64,000 nucleotides of DNA from the NCBI RefSeq assembly GCF_036321535.1, contig NC_087436.1, positions 74,154,001-74,218,000 on the forward strand, written 5' to 3'. The notes beneath the pieces were generated by a model. The model was not told the origin of the DNA. It ran no database searches and saw nothing but the letters and a program-made list of their open reading frames with translations. The stretch comes from Camelus dromedarius. Lineage: Eukaryota. This document shows, in pieces, positions 26,030 to 39,000 of the stretch. The position numbers were made by a program, and so were the translations under genes. Each line of letters starts with the position of its first letter. Within the stretch, counting starts at the first letter, position 1.

Positions 26030-27345
26030 TAGAATTGGGGGGTGGGTGTCATAGGGTAATCATATGTTCATTTTTAATAAATACTGCCAGGTAGTTTTTC
26101 AAAGTGGTTGTACCAATTTATATTCCTACTAACGGTGTATGAGATTTCCTGTTGTTCCACATCCTTGTCAGTTCTTGGTATTTTCTGCCCTTTCATTTTA
26201 GCCATTTTAGTGGATATATAGTGGTATCTAACTGTAGTTTAAATTTGCATTTCTCTGAACTACAGAAATTAGATACCTTTTCATGTGTTTTGGGGTCATT
26301 TGGATATCTTCTGTAGTGAAGTGTCCAGTGTAGAGGTCTTTTTAATATACTCTAATTTATAAATTTGTATTCTTTATGCTTACCACTGTTTATAATTTTT
26401 AAAGATATGTTTGCTACATCAGTATCATAAGGGTGTTTTTCTCTGCTTTCTTTTAAATACTTAAAGGTTTCATCTTTAACACTGGGATCTGCAGTTTATC
26501 TGGAATTGGTGTTTGTGTGCGATATAAGATGGGAAACCTGATACTTTTCTTCTCTATGGCTGTGCAGCGGACCCAGAACCTTCTTCCTTAGTTCACTGCA
26601 ATGTCACTCTTTTAATAAATCAAGTGACTGTATATGTGTAGTTTTATTTTTGGACTCTATAGTATTCTGCTCCACTGGTCAGCTTCCTTGTGCCAGTATT
26701 ACACAATCTTGATGGTTATAGCTTTATAATGAGTCTTAATATCTGAAAGTGGAAGTCTTCCAGCTTCGTTCTTCTTTAAGACTGCCTCAGCTATTCTTGG
26801 TCCTTTGTATTTTCATATATATTTTAAAATCAGCTTGCCAATTTCCACAAGAAAATGTGCTTGAACTTTGATTAGCATTGTGGTAAATCTGTAGATTAAT
26901 TCATGGAAAATTAACATTTTGGCATTATTGAGTCTTTCAGTCCATGAATACGGTATAGCTCTCCATTTATTTAGGTCTTCTTTAGTTTTGCCCAATAATA
27001 TTTTGTAGTAATCAGTGTAGAGGTCTTATACATATTTTGTTAGATTTATTTCTGGGTGTTTGATTTGTTATAATAAACAGTATTGGTTTTTTTAAAAAAT
27101 TTGTTTTCTATTTGTTTGTTGCTAATTTATAGACATATGATTGATTTTTGTATATTGATTCTGTATCTAGTAATCTTGTAAATCAATGAAGTATGGTATT
27201 TACAGTCGGCTTTTTGTAGATATCGTTTATTAGTTTAAGGAAGTAACTTTTTTTCTATTCCTGGTTTCCTAAACTTTTATTTAAAACCAAGAGTGTGCTG
27301 GCTTTTATCAAATGCTTTTTCTGGATCTTTTAAGTTGTCCACTTC
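26030..27345 (-). mobile_element. Old L1M ORF2 fragment
   Basis: Track ORF 26813..26995 (KEDLNKWRAIPYSWTERLN) is homologous to L1 ORF2. Confidence 0.85.
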
Positions 27346-28097
27346 TATTTTGATTCAGCTCTAGAACTCAGTACTAAAGTCCTTTCCCTGAGCTTGGCTC
27401 TACCCCAACATTCACAAAACCTGACAAATATAAACTGGACAAACAAGGACTTGAACCAGGGAAGTAGCAGTAAACATGGAAAGGAGGAGATGAGCGATAG
27501 ATAGGATCCTTGTTGCTCCATAGTATAAAATATTTTGTACAGTCACAAATGGGTTTAAATGAGATAGAGCCAGACTTCTCTATTTATTAAACTCCTTTTG
27601 AGAAACATGAAAAAAACCTCACATCTTTGTTTAATATTTGTACCATAGAAACAATAAGCTATTTTCCATCTATAAAGTTTAATATTTATGATTTTTTTTC
27701 AAATTTTATACCCAGTATTCCCCCATACCCAAAGTCTGATCCATTCTCCCTAGAAGAGTACTCTTCCTCAGCACTCTCTTCCTCTTGAAAAAACATTGGA
27801 ATAGCATCAGTAAAACATGACTGCTTGGAGGAGGTGCCGATCAGCTGGTTATGCAGTCTGTCCCCAGCATGGCCTGAGTATCCCTGGATGGTTGGGGTGG
27901 GGAGAACTATATGAAGACTCTATTAGCAATGAGATTTTATCACTGAAAGGTACAGAGCTGGTCAATTCTGGCTCAAGTTGCAAATAGACCCTGTAGAAAA
28001 CACAATTATGAATTTCCAATTTTACTAATATTTAAACGATTTGTTACTATACAATTACTGTATTCTTTGAACACTGGGGTTGAATTTAAATGAGCCC

Positions 28098-28116
28098 TAG
28101 TGCCCTCTGGTGGACA
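28098..28116 (-). promoter_or_regulatory. CTCF binding motif
   Basis: Reverse complement TGTCCACCAGAGGGCACTA closely matches the CTCF core consensus; lies in non-repeat sequence. Confidence 0.65.
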
Positions 28117-28450
28117 TGAGAGAATGTACAAAGCATATTAACAGTTTTCTTTTCACTCTAAGGACTACTTCATGTTTCTGTGTCCCGTGAATCTAAAGTG
28201 AACCTGATGGTAGAAAGACCTTGCCCAGGAGGCAGGCAGTGTGTTGCCACTTACAAGCCTTGTGAACTTAAGATTCCTTAGCTGATAAATGGCAATACTA
28301 TTAGGGCTCACCTTATTAAGGTTCTTGAGCATATTAATGGTGGTTTAAGGAAGTTCCATTCTTAGTTTTCTAAGATTTTGTTTGAAAGTATGAATGGGTG
28401 TTGAATTTCATCAAATGCTTTTTCTGGATGTTTTAAGATGTCCACTTCTT

Positions 28451-28868
28451 GAAGTAAGCCAGAAAAAGAAAGAAAAATATCATATGATATCACTCATGTG
28501 TGGAATCTTAAAAAGAAAAGAAAAGGAAAAGAAAAGAGAAGAAAAAAGAAGACACAAGTGAACTTATCTACAAAACAGAAACAGACTCACAGACATAGTA
28601 AACAAATTTATGGTTACCAGTGGGGAAAGGGGGTGGGAAAGGATAAATTGGGTGTTCAAGATTTGCAAATACTAACACTATATAAAATAGATAAACAACA
28701 AGTTTATTTGTTACAGCACAGGGAACTATATTCAATATCTTGTAGTAACCTATAATGAAAAAGAATATGAAAACAAATATATGTATGTATATGTATGACA
28801 AACATTGTGCTGTACACCAGAAACTGACACATTGTAACTGACTATACTTCAAGAAAAAAAATACAAAA
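28451..28868 (+). mobile_element. 5'-truncated L1 3' end
   Basis: Starts at EVSQKKKEKYHMISLMCGI, followed by 3'UTR and A tail; TSD aagatgtccacttct / aaggtatatacttct. Confidence 0.9.
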
Positions 28869-29789
28869 GGTATATACTTCTGCTTTGACTCTAGGAACCA
28901 GTACTACAGCCCTTTCCCAGAGCTTGGCTTTACCTTCACTTTATATTTATATAATACTTAGGCTGGCACATAGTAGGTTCTCAATAAATGTCATCTATGA
29001 ATAGTATCAAAAATCTTAACAGTGATCCTAGAGGGCAGGAAAGGTATGTAGAGTACAGTATCCTGAAACAACTTGGTTATTCCTGGTACCCTCTCTTCCC
29101 CCAATCCTATCCTACCTCATTCTCGATTCCTTGAGGAAAGCACTCAACTCTTAACTATTTCTTTTTATATTTGTGATCATATTTTTAATGGCATGCCTAT
29201 ATGGCTTTTTCTTGATTTTTATCCAATTGTAGATGTTATCTATTGACTTTCTATTATGGAAGATAAAAATTTAGCTTTCTTATAATACTCCCCTCAGACT
29301 CCCCACCCTCCCTACCCTTCCCCATTTACGATCTCATTTTTGTAAAAATAATTTAATAATATATTTGTATAATTTGCCTTCTCCACAATAACTAAAAGGA
29401 TGAGCAAAGGCATAGAAAGATAAGTACTAACAAAAGAAGCCTAGATTCACATTATAAACGCTGGACAAGACTGAAGTGTTAAATGGGTCAGAGATAAATT
29501 TTTAATGAATAAATAATATATATAGTTTAAAATGAAATTTAGAGTGAAAAAGATTGAAATTTACAAAGACAATAGAGTTTTTAAAATAACTTTATGCAAC
29601 AACACTCAGGAAGAATAAAAGGAGAAGATTTTTGTCACCTCTGTTAATCCATATCTGATCCAACAGAGGAAAACTAAGAAGGGTGTGGAAGATTTGAATA
29701 ATGTCATGAAGGTAAATCCAAATGTGCTTCCACATAGGCTCGTATCACCAAGTATGAGTAACAATGCAAAACCTGACCTTATATTAGGT

Positions 29790-31440
29790 TACGAAAACTG
29801 TTCTCTAAACAGCACCGTTTCATATTCCCACCAGCAGGGTATGAGGGCTCAAATTTCTCCACATTCTCACCAACACTTGTTATTACCTGCTTTTAAAATT
29901 TTTTTCAATCCCTCTTCTCCTTTTAAAGTGCTGTTTCTCCCCCTTATGGTAGTGGGTGAGAAATGTCAGCAGGAAGTGGTGCACTTGCCGAGTTGCTGCA
30001 TTAAGTCTTGCTTGTCCTTATGAACCGAGCAGGACCAACAGCTCCATACAAAATGTTGGGCTGCACCCTACACCCTGCAAGTCTTGTAGTTGCCCAGCCT
30101 TGAGACCAAAGGAGGAACCCAGAGACAGCGACAGAGACATCAATGGCTTATCCAACAGAGGGTATCTTGCATGTCCGAAACAAAGGTCCTGGCGCGACAC
30201 CCTGCCATGGACAGCACACAGCAAGCAGGACATGGTGGCAGTCTTTCCTCTTATTATCTATCTTTCGATTATAGTGATCCTAGTGGATATGAAGTGATAC
30301 GTCATTGTAGTTTTGGTTGGCATTTCCCTGACAGTTAACAATGTTATACATCTTTCCTTGTACTTATTTGCCACTTGTATGTCTTCTTCAGAGAGATGTT
30401 TATATAAATCCTTTGCCCATTTAAAACATTAGGTTGTCTTTTTATTACTGAGTTCTAAGAATTCTTTATATATATATATATAAATTTCATATTCATATAC
30501 ACACACACACACATATATATATTCTAGATACAAATCCCTTATCAAATATATGACTTATAAAAATGTTCTCCCATTCTGAGAATTGTCTTTACACTTTCTT
30601 GATGGTGTCATTTGAAACACAAAAGTTTTAAATTTTGTTACAATTCAATTTATCATTTTTCTTCTTTTATTACTTGTGCTTTTGCTATTGTATCCAGGAA
30701 ACGACTGTTTAATTCAGGATCGTGAAGATTTATGCCTATATTTTCTTCTAAAAGCTTTATAGTTTCAGTTCTTATATTTAGGTCTTTGATATTTTGAGTT
30801 AATTTTTGAATATGGTATGAGATAAGGGTCCAACTTCTTCTTTCACCTATGGATATCTAGTTGTCCCAGCACTATTTGTTGAAACGATTATTCTGTCCTC
30901 ATTTAGTTATCTTGATGCCCTTGTCAAAAAGCAATTGACCATAAATGTGAGGGTTTATTTCTGGACTCTCAATTCTATTCCATTCTATTTATGCCTGTCC
31001 TTCTGCCAGTACTATGCTGTCTTTATGACCATATGGTAAGTTTTGAATCAGAAAGTGTTAGTCCTCCAACTGTGTTCTTCTTTTTCAAGATTATTTTGAG
31101 TATTCTGGATTCCTTTAATTTATATATGAACTTTAGAATCAGCTTGTCAGTTTCTGCAAAGAAGTGAAATGGGATTTTGATAGGGGTTGCACTGAATCTA
31201 TAGGTCAACTTGGGGAATATTGCCATCTTAACAATATTACGTGTTCCAATCCATGAACATGGGTTTCCTTCCATTTATTTAGGTCTTTAATTTCTTTCAA
31301 CAAGGTTTTGTAGTTTTCAGGGTATATGTTTTGCACTTCTTTTTTAAAATTTATTCCTAAGTATTTTCTTTTTGATGCCATTATAAATGGAATTATTTTT
31401 TAAATTTCATTTTCAGATTGCCCATTGCAATTGTATATAG
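29790..31440 (-). mobile_element. Old L1 (L1MB-like) ORF2 fragment, interrupted at 29895-30250
   Basis: Track ORF 31023..31274 ([23 protein letters not shown]) is L1 ORF2. Confidence 0.9.
29895..30250 (-). other. Tailed insert: LTR R/U5-like piece (30054-~30250) plus unique sequence
   Basis: T-rich left end; degenerate TSD ttattacctgctttt / ttattatctatcttt; LTR-like terminus tgttggg at 30054. Confidence 0.55.
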
Positions 31441-32719
31441 ATTATTTTCTAAATATGAATTTGAATGCCTTTCCTCTGGTATATACAGTCTACATTTACT
31501 GCAAACTGCTGCCCATTTTGTTTCTCTGATCTGTTTTACTAATTTGTTTACCTGCCTGACTCCTGAGGACGCCGTATTTGAATCCTGATTTAAAGCATGT
31601 AAAGGTATTTCTATGTAGATGGGTTAGTAAGAATATTTAGCTGGTACTTCTTAGGCTCTTTAAATACCCCATTGGGAGTTTTGGGACATTTGCCTAATTT
31701 TTCCATGTAGATTTGAATATATCCAAAAGTGAACTGGTTCCTATCAGATCGTTTAGGTTCCCTTAGGTCTGGAATTCTCAGATAGAGAAAGATTATGGGA
31801 CGTGAATATTGCCAAAATTCAGGTTGCTCTCAGCAAAGTTGAGAAAATGTGAATATGTCCGATGTTGATGAGGAAGGGCTAAAACGGTTATTTTCATGTG
31901 CTATCGATGAGACTGTAAAATGGTATATATTCTCTTAAAATCAGTTTGCCAATAATGAAAGCCTCAAGAAAGGTTGTAGTCTTTAACCTTATAATTCCCC
32001 TTTTGGAAATCTATCATAAAAAAAAATTCTAATATCCAGAAAAAGACTTGCATATAAAGACCTTATCAGTATTATTTAATAGTACGAAATTGTTGAAATC
32101 AATTTAAATATGCCATAAAAAGTGTTTATGTATAGAAAAAGGCTGGCAGAATATATACCAAATTGTTCATAATGTTATCCCTGACGAATAGGGAAATGGT
32201 GATTTTAACTTTCTTTATAGTTTTCTTATTTTTCTAAAGTTTTAGAATTATTAACAGGAATTACTTTTATCACCAGAAAAATATATTATTAAAAAGTGGT
32301 TTGAGACTTTTAGAACACTGTTCAAAAGACTTGGGAGCTTTACTGATAGAGCAATTTGCCAGTGTCTCCCCCACACCCTCACCCCAAGTGGGGGCGTTAT
32401 GATGGTGGACGGAGGATGGGGGTTTGGCTCCTCTTCTGTTGGTTCCACCTGTGCCCAGAGGCAGCTCTTCCTTTTCTGCTTCCCTTGGTGGGTGGTAGAC
32501 TCTTATCTCTCAAGATCAAAGGCAAGGAGTCATGGGGGATTTGGAGGAAACCGCAAAAATTCCAGGAGCCTTTTCCCTCTAGTTAAATAAGATTGGAGTT
32601 TGGTCTCAGCTAAATTAAATACTTTCTCTCTGTTTTCTGTTATTAGACAGAGACCTAAATTACTAGGTCTATTCTTTCTTTAATGTCAACCCATTGTTGA
32701 AGTCCCTAGATGTTCCATA

Positions 32720-32892
32720 GCAGGCGGTCACAATCTTGAGTGGCATCAGAATGCCCTGAGGGTTTGTTAAAGCTCAGATAGGCAGACCCAACCTCTAGAG
32801 TTTCTGATTCAGTTGCGCTGGGGTGCTGGCTGAGATTTTGCACTTCTAACGTCTACGAGTGACGGGGAAGCTGCTGGTCTGAGGACCACAGT
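32720..32892. mobile_element. MER5A (hAT-Charlie)
   Basis: gcatcagaatgccctgagggtttgttaaa...agagtttctgattcagt...ttgcacttctaac...gctgctggtctgaggaccaca. Confidence 0.85.
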
Positions 32893-33029
32893 GTAGGAGA
32901 GCCAAAGAAGGAGAGCTCACAGGATGCAGACAAAGAACGTGAACGGGCCCTGAAGGGATCCCTCCTAGTTTGAAACTGTCTTGTTAAGTGAAGCTTTATA
33001 GGGTTTCCATCCAGGTGATGAATGATGAT

Positions 33030-33270
33030 AAAGAGTTAACAGCATTGATTTGATACCGTACTGACCTGAATTTGAATTCTCTCTCTGCCAGATGTGGCTG
33101 GGTGACTTTGGGCAAGTGACTTAGCCACTCTGAGTTTCCTTCAGTGCAAGGTGGGGATAAAATAGTTGTTGCTTTATAGGGTGACAGGAAAATTAAGTGA
33201 GATAATTGTTACAGTGCTTCACACAGTACCCGATCAATAGCGAATGCTCTATAAATGTTAATTCTCGTTA
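33030..33270 (+). mobile_element. MIR SINE
   Basis: gctgggtgactttgggcaagtgacttagccactctgag...aattaagtgagataat...gctctataaatgtta. Confidence 0.8.
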
Positions 33271-36200
33271 GTGCTTACTTGGCCCTGTTGCACAGAACCG
33301 CAGTCTCTTGGAAATGTTTTTACTGGATGAGACGCGTATAGATTTGGACATGTTGGTTTTGCTGCCATGCACATCGGTGGCCTGAGTTATTGAGGATCTG
33401 ACCTGAGTGCATGTGCTGTGAATGTAATTATCCAGAGAAGTGGGTGGTGCAGAGGAAGGAGCTAGGGGCTCTGGGTTCCAGTCGGAGTCTCGGTTTCCTT
33501 ATCTGTGAGTTGAAGGGAGCTAGGCTAGAGATTTCTAAGATCTCTTCCAGCTCTAAAATGTTGGCTGATTTCTTGGTGCCAGAGCAATGCCGTGAATTTA
33601 GACTTCCTTCTCTAAAACACAAGGTGGCAGCAGAAGCCAAGACTTGGCTGCCATCTGCTTCGACCAGCAGGATGGGCTGATACTCCCCAATTTACACTGT
33701 GTTACAAAATAAACGATGCACATGGCTTAAGATCATCACCTGCTCCTAGTGGTTTCTAGGAGGCCAAGGTTTAATGTCCCTAGAATGATGCTTATGCCAC
33801 TGTTTTCAAGATTTTCCTTTTCCTCCGATATATCCACAGGTTTGACGCCACCACTCAGCACCGCCTGCCCACACACACACACACACCACCCTTCCCCAAG
33901 GCCTTTTCCATCATGTCTGCTGCTTCTCAGAAAAATACCTGCCAAGTCCTCACCTGTGATAAGCTGGGGGCTGCATGGCCGGGTGGCAGCTGTGTGCTCT
34001 ACAAGGTGAAAACAAAAACTTCTTTCTTCCAGGATTGCGGAGGATTTGAGGTACGAGAGCCTGGCAGTGCTCACTCAGGAAAATATATTTCAAACAGAAT
34101 ACCCTTGTGTTACTCTTCACCCTTGTCTGTCCCTGTTACAGAGGGTGGCAGGAGAGGCAGGGCTGGGGATTGGGACACTGTGATCCTTGGTTGGCTGGTG
34201 ACCCGTGGCTAGATGGGCTGGGAAGGGGTGGGGAGAAGATGGGAGGCAGACCATAAAGTGAGATTGGCAACCTGTTGCAGAAACAGAATAAGGGGCCTCT
34301 CCTCAGGATGGAGATAAGGTGCTTCCAAGGATGCCTAGGGGCAGAGGCCAGGGGCGGCTTCAGGGATGGGTTGGGTGACCTTTAGCAGAGGAATTTCGAC
34401 CAGAAGCCAAAGGAAGGGGCATGAGGCCTAAATAGGAAGATCCCCTTCTCCAAGGACCTAGAGGACGACAAGACAGAGGTTGGCCTAAGTGTGGCAGGTG
34501 GATATAGGATGAAGGGCTAAAAAGATAGGGTCCAGGGTCAGGTTGAAGGGCTGGCACGCAGACTCCGTGGAAATGGACACTTAAGTACCAGGATGAGCTT
34601 GTTCCGTGGTTTAAACCTATGCTGTGTGATTCACACAACCTGAGACTATGCTTTCATCCCCCTTGGGGGCACTCAGCTCATTTCCTGAGATTCGCTCCCA
34701 TGATGGTAAAGATCGATTGGTTGTGAACTTGTACAGATTCTTGGGATGCTCCAGCTCTCCCTGGGGAGGGCACCTCCTGACGAGAGAAAGAAGGGCAGGC
34801 CATGAACCGAGTTTTGATTTTCAGAGAAAATCCTTTTCCTTCTTTTCTACTCTTCCTGCGAAGTGGTAAGAGCAGAATAATCAAAGAAAGCATAGCAGGA
34901 AACTGGTAGATTTGGAACATGGACTATTTTCTCAAAATTTCCTTGTTTTCCATCCTCACCGGCCTGCTTTAGAGGCTGTACCCTTTGCAGGGTGCCTGGG
35001 ATCAAGGGACAAAGCGGGAAAACATTTAACCTTGGAATTTGGTGGCCTTTTGGGGAGCCATTACCCACATTGAGTAGGGTGGGGAAGGGAAAGAGAACCT
35101 AATGTGGCTCTAAGGGGCTGGGGGTTGGGGGGTCCCCCGCCGTGGTCACTGAGTCACGCGTTTCTCTTATAACTTGGTGAAGTATTTCCAGAGAGGGAGA
35201 ATTGGAAAAATTCCATCCAGACCTTCTCCCAGGCCAAAGTAGTTACTAACTGGCGGGAGCTTTATGCAGGGGCTAAGGTCGAAAATGGTTAATACTTTGC
35301 TAAAATACATGGAACAAAGAAGGGGGATTGATCACAATTGACTTCACTGGCAATTTCATAAAAGTACCCAAACAGTAAGCACACCTACACCTGTGTGAAC
35401 AAATCCTATAAAATGCTTTAATGCTTTGCAACATGCCACACCCCTCAGGCCAGCCTGTGGTCTTCACAACCAGGGCTGTGGTCTTCAAATTGTTATTACC
35501 TATTTATTACTGCCTTTTGAGCTTCTAATTAACAAATTGACCACTGTTTCCAGCTCTTCTAATTGTCTTCTGCCTTTAAACTCTTCAGTGGCTTGGCTTT
35601 TATTCCAACGGAATTAATGAACTGAGGATATAAAATTTGCCTTGGTTTTTGCAGTATTGGTCAATGACCAGAGCTGGATATTACATCTGAAAAGCATATA
35701 AACTCAAGCTGAGACTTGTCTGGGTAAAGGTTTTCCACTGCCGAATTTAATTTGATTATTTATGGTCATATTAAGACGTCCAATAGGTGGTCTTTCTTCC
35801 GACCTAGGATAGACTTATCACTCTCACCCAACTGTTAAAAACCTTTATGAAGAATTAGACGTGAATTGGTCTTGACCTTTTCTCAAATATCAGGTGGGTA
35901 GGAAGCTCAGCTTGTTGACATTGGGCCTGGCAAGGAATATGGTTACATGTAAGTAAGTCACTTCTGATCATCAGACATGATATTTCATAGTAAACCAAAG
36001 GCAATGAGAGAGGTTGGGAGAGTCAAGTTAGTGGAAAACAAGGGAAACTAGCAATAGACTAAGGGGGATGTGGGTTCTGGTCCTTCTTAGAAGCCACCAT
36101 GGAGTCTTCCCTCTCTGTCACCCACTACAGTCAATCAATCACCAAGGCTGCTGGTTTTACCTCCTGCAGTCACTCAAGTTTATTCCCCTTCCTCCGTCTT

Positions 36201-38334
36201 TTCTCTCACTCAATCTCTCTTCATCTCTAGCCTGGTCAATTACAATAGCTTTGTAACAGGTTTTGTAACAGTCTCAAATCATGCTCCCCTAAAATCCATC
36301 CTTCATTTTACAAAAATGATGATTCTAAAGTCCAAATTGTGCCATGTCCCTGCCCTATTAGTTCCCTGTGTTGAGAGCAGATGAAGCTATAAGCTGAAAT
36401 GCTTATGCTGTGAAGAACTGGGGTTCCTTTGCAAGGCCATCAGACTTTATATTACCTCAGCCTCCCCGCCGGGCAGCGGGAGAAATCCCTGCATGGCATG
36501 GCCTGAATCAGCTGACACTCTCTGGTAGCAGCACTTTGATCACGCTGAATGAAGAAAGGAGTATGATTTATTTAAAAAAAGGAAACCAAAACCATTGGCT
36601 AATAGATATTATCAATAAGCACATCACAGAAAGAAGAGTCCCAGTGCCCATCCCTGGGGAAATCCAGTCCATAAGTGCACTTGAGTTTGGTCTCCAGTCC
36701 TGGTTCTCTGAGTTGCTGGTCCTGGTCATTTCATGAATCACACCTGCTCTCTCCAATTCCAGCCCCAGTCCCGCAAATGCAGGGGAGATCTGTGAAAAGA
36801 AAATTTTACAGGGAGGCTTGAGCACCTCCTCGGGCTAGCCAACGCAGAGTTTTATTTCCAGCCAAACTCTCATCATACCTGGAATTCAGTGATGAGTTAC
36901 TGATGTTCTCACTTGAGGAAAGCCTCTCCTACCCCATGAGACTTCCATTCATTTTATTATCATCAAAACTGTCTTCAAATAGGTTTCTTGGTGCTGCACA
37001 ACAGATTTGGTGACTTTCTCACTCCCCGTGTTACAAAAAGGGATTAGACACTTAGTGCCCAAAGGACCAAGGATAGTGATAAGTTTTCTTCTAAGTGTCA
37101 ACTGCCTGGTCTTCCCTGTTATAAAAGGAGTCTGAGCTTTGATGAGTGGAAAATGCCTGCCATGGGCACAGGTGGGGAAGAGTTAGTGTGTTTGCCTGTC
37201 CTGCACACTTTTATTGTCTAGGAACTGGCGAGTCACCCCAGTTTACCCATGGTGGACATTGAATAGGTGTAGGCAAATTAGCTGGACTATTGAAGACAGA
37301 ACATCCAGAGAGGTCCCCTCCCTTCCTCTCCCATCTCCGCCCCCAGAAGTCAAGCTGCATCCCAAGAACAGAGCACTCCTAACGCTGCGTGCCTGGTGGA
37401 CTGCTCTCGGCTCTGACTGGGCGGCTTCTCAGAATTCCTCTCTGGCTAGCTTGTCATTTTTTCAGATGATGTGTTAGATAGAGAAATAAGATTTTGGATT
37501 CTTGTCCATGTAAATGAAATTTAAAGTATTTCTCTCCGCTGAGTTGCTGATTTACTAGAGAATTCTTAGGGTTTATTTTTGGACATTAAGTCTCCAGTCA
37601 GTGGCTGAGGTCAACTTGGAAATTTCTTAAACATCCTGGGATCTGATCTAATTCTCAGGTCAATGAGGGCTTGTGTTTACTAGCAGAGGGAGGAAAGACC
37701 AGGCATTTGCAAAGTAGGACCCGGGGCCGGAATTTGTCACCGTGTGACCTTGGACCACTCATTGAACCAAGGTCTCCTAGCCCCACCCCCGTAAACGAAA
37801 CAGAACTGAATGGTCTACTACTATGCATGTAGGAATGGGATGCACAGCCTTTTTCCTTCCAAAGTAAATGCTAGCAGTTGTGGTGAATTTCCTTAATTCA
37901 GTTTTTTTTTTTTAATCCAAGACAACTTTGAAAATGAGAGATTTATTTAAGCTATAGAGAAATGTCTACTCAAATAATTCTCAGAAATTGCAAGATGGTT
38001 ATTTTGATACTGTGTGTAGGTGTGTTCCTACTGAAGAGTGAGAGCTAGATTCTTAAGAATCATACTAAATACCAAATTATCTCTGATAAATAGAAAAAAA
38101 AGAATGAACCTGTTAGAGGTATTCTGGGGAGACTCAAATTCAAGAATCCTTTGGGTGTGGAGCCTCCTGAGGGCAGGAACTGCGTCTGTTGTTTGTGCAG
38201 TCTCCTCTGTCCCACACCAGCATCTGCACAGAACAGGCACTCAGGAGACGTTTGCTGTGGTTAAATAAGAGCCCCTTCTCTGAAGACTTTGAAAGACAGA
38301 GGTAAAGGCAGAGTAGGTTCTCATTAAAGCACAG

Positions 38335-38400
38335 GTTTCCTTCCTCCCTCCTCCTTCCCTCCTTCTTCCTCTTTTCCTTCCTTCCTTCCTCTCTTCCTTC
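38335..38400. repeat. (TTCC)n-like pyrimidine repeat
   Basis: ttccttcctccctcctccttccc...ttccttccttccttcc. Confidence 0.85.
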
Positions 38401-38624
38401 CATGTATGAAATAATCTAATTAATTTGAAAGGATTTAAGAAGAAGCTCCATATTTGGTAGGGCTCTATGTAGCCTCCTAAAAATGAACATATTCCCACGT
38501 GTGCTGTAAGAAGTATGGGATGAGGTATCCAAGCCTATTTCTGAGTACTCCCTCATTTACCTAGGGAATATTGAGATTGGTACAGGTCAAGGAATCAAAT
38601 TCTTGAGGGCTGTATTAAAATTCT

Positions 38625-39000
38625 CTTTATTAGAAGTGGTGTAACCCAATTAAGTATAAAGAAGATTTTTATTGGGTCATCATGGGAAGGGCAGGCACAT
38701 GCTGGACCTTAGCGATTATTGGAACCAGGACAAGAATGGAGCCAGGAACCCTCTCTCCATCTCCTAACATTGCCTCTCTCTGCTTTTTGTCTACCTAAAA
38801 CCCATAGGCTGAGAACTAGTCTCTGGTTGCAACTGCAGAAATCCCAGGGGAGGCTTAGGTCACATGCCTTCTTGTGCGGCCAATGAGGCGCTGCGATTGG
38901 TGGCACCTTAGAATCACTTACTGCAGTGGGGAAGGGGCAGTCCCCCTCAAAGAAGGGGTGCCTTTCCCGGAAGAAAGAAGGATGCTGGATAAGCAACCGA
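38625..39000 (-). mobile_element. MaLR LTR (MLT1K/L-like)
   Basis: gtaacccaattaag...gattttattgggtcat...gcttaggtcacatgcc...gaaggatgctggataagc. Confidence 0.6.

Noticed and set aside
33615..33635. CTCF-like ACACAAGGTGGCAGCA (also near 18645 and 33980)
   Set aside because: The 5' half of the core is mismatched; too weak without data.
36410..36736. 108-aa ORF and other 60-160 aa ORFs in unique DNA (e.g. 47776-48290)
   Set aside because: No recognisable domains, several have non-ATG starts, and there is no consistent exon structure.
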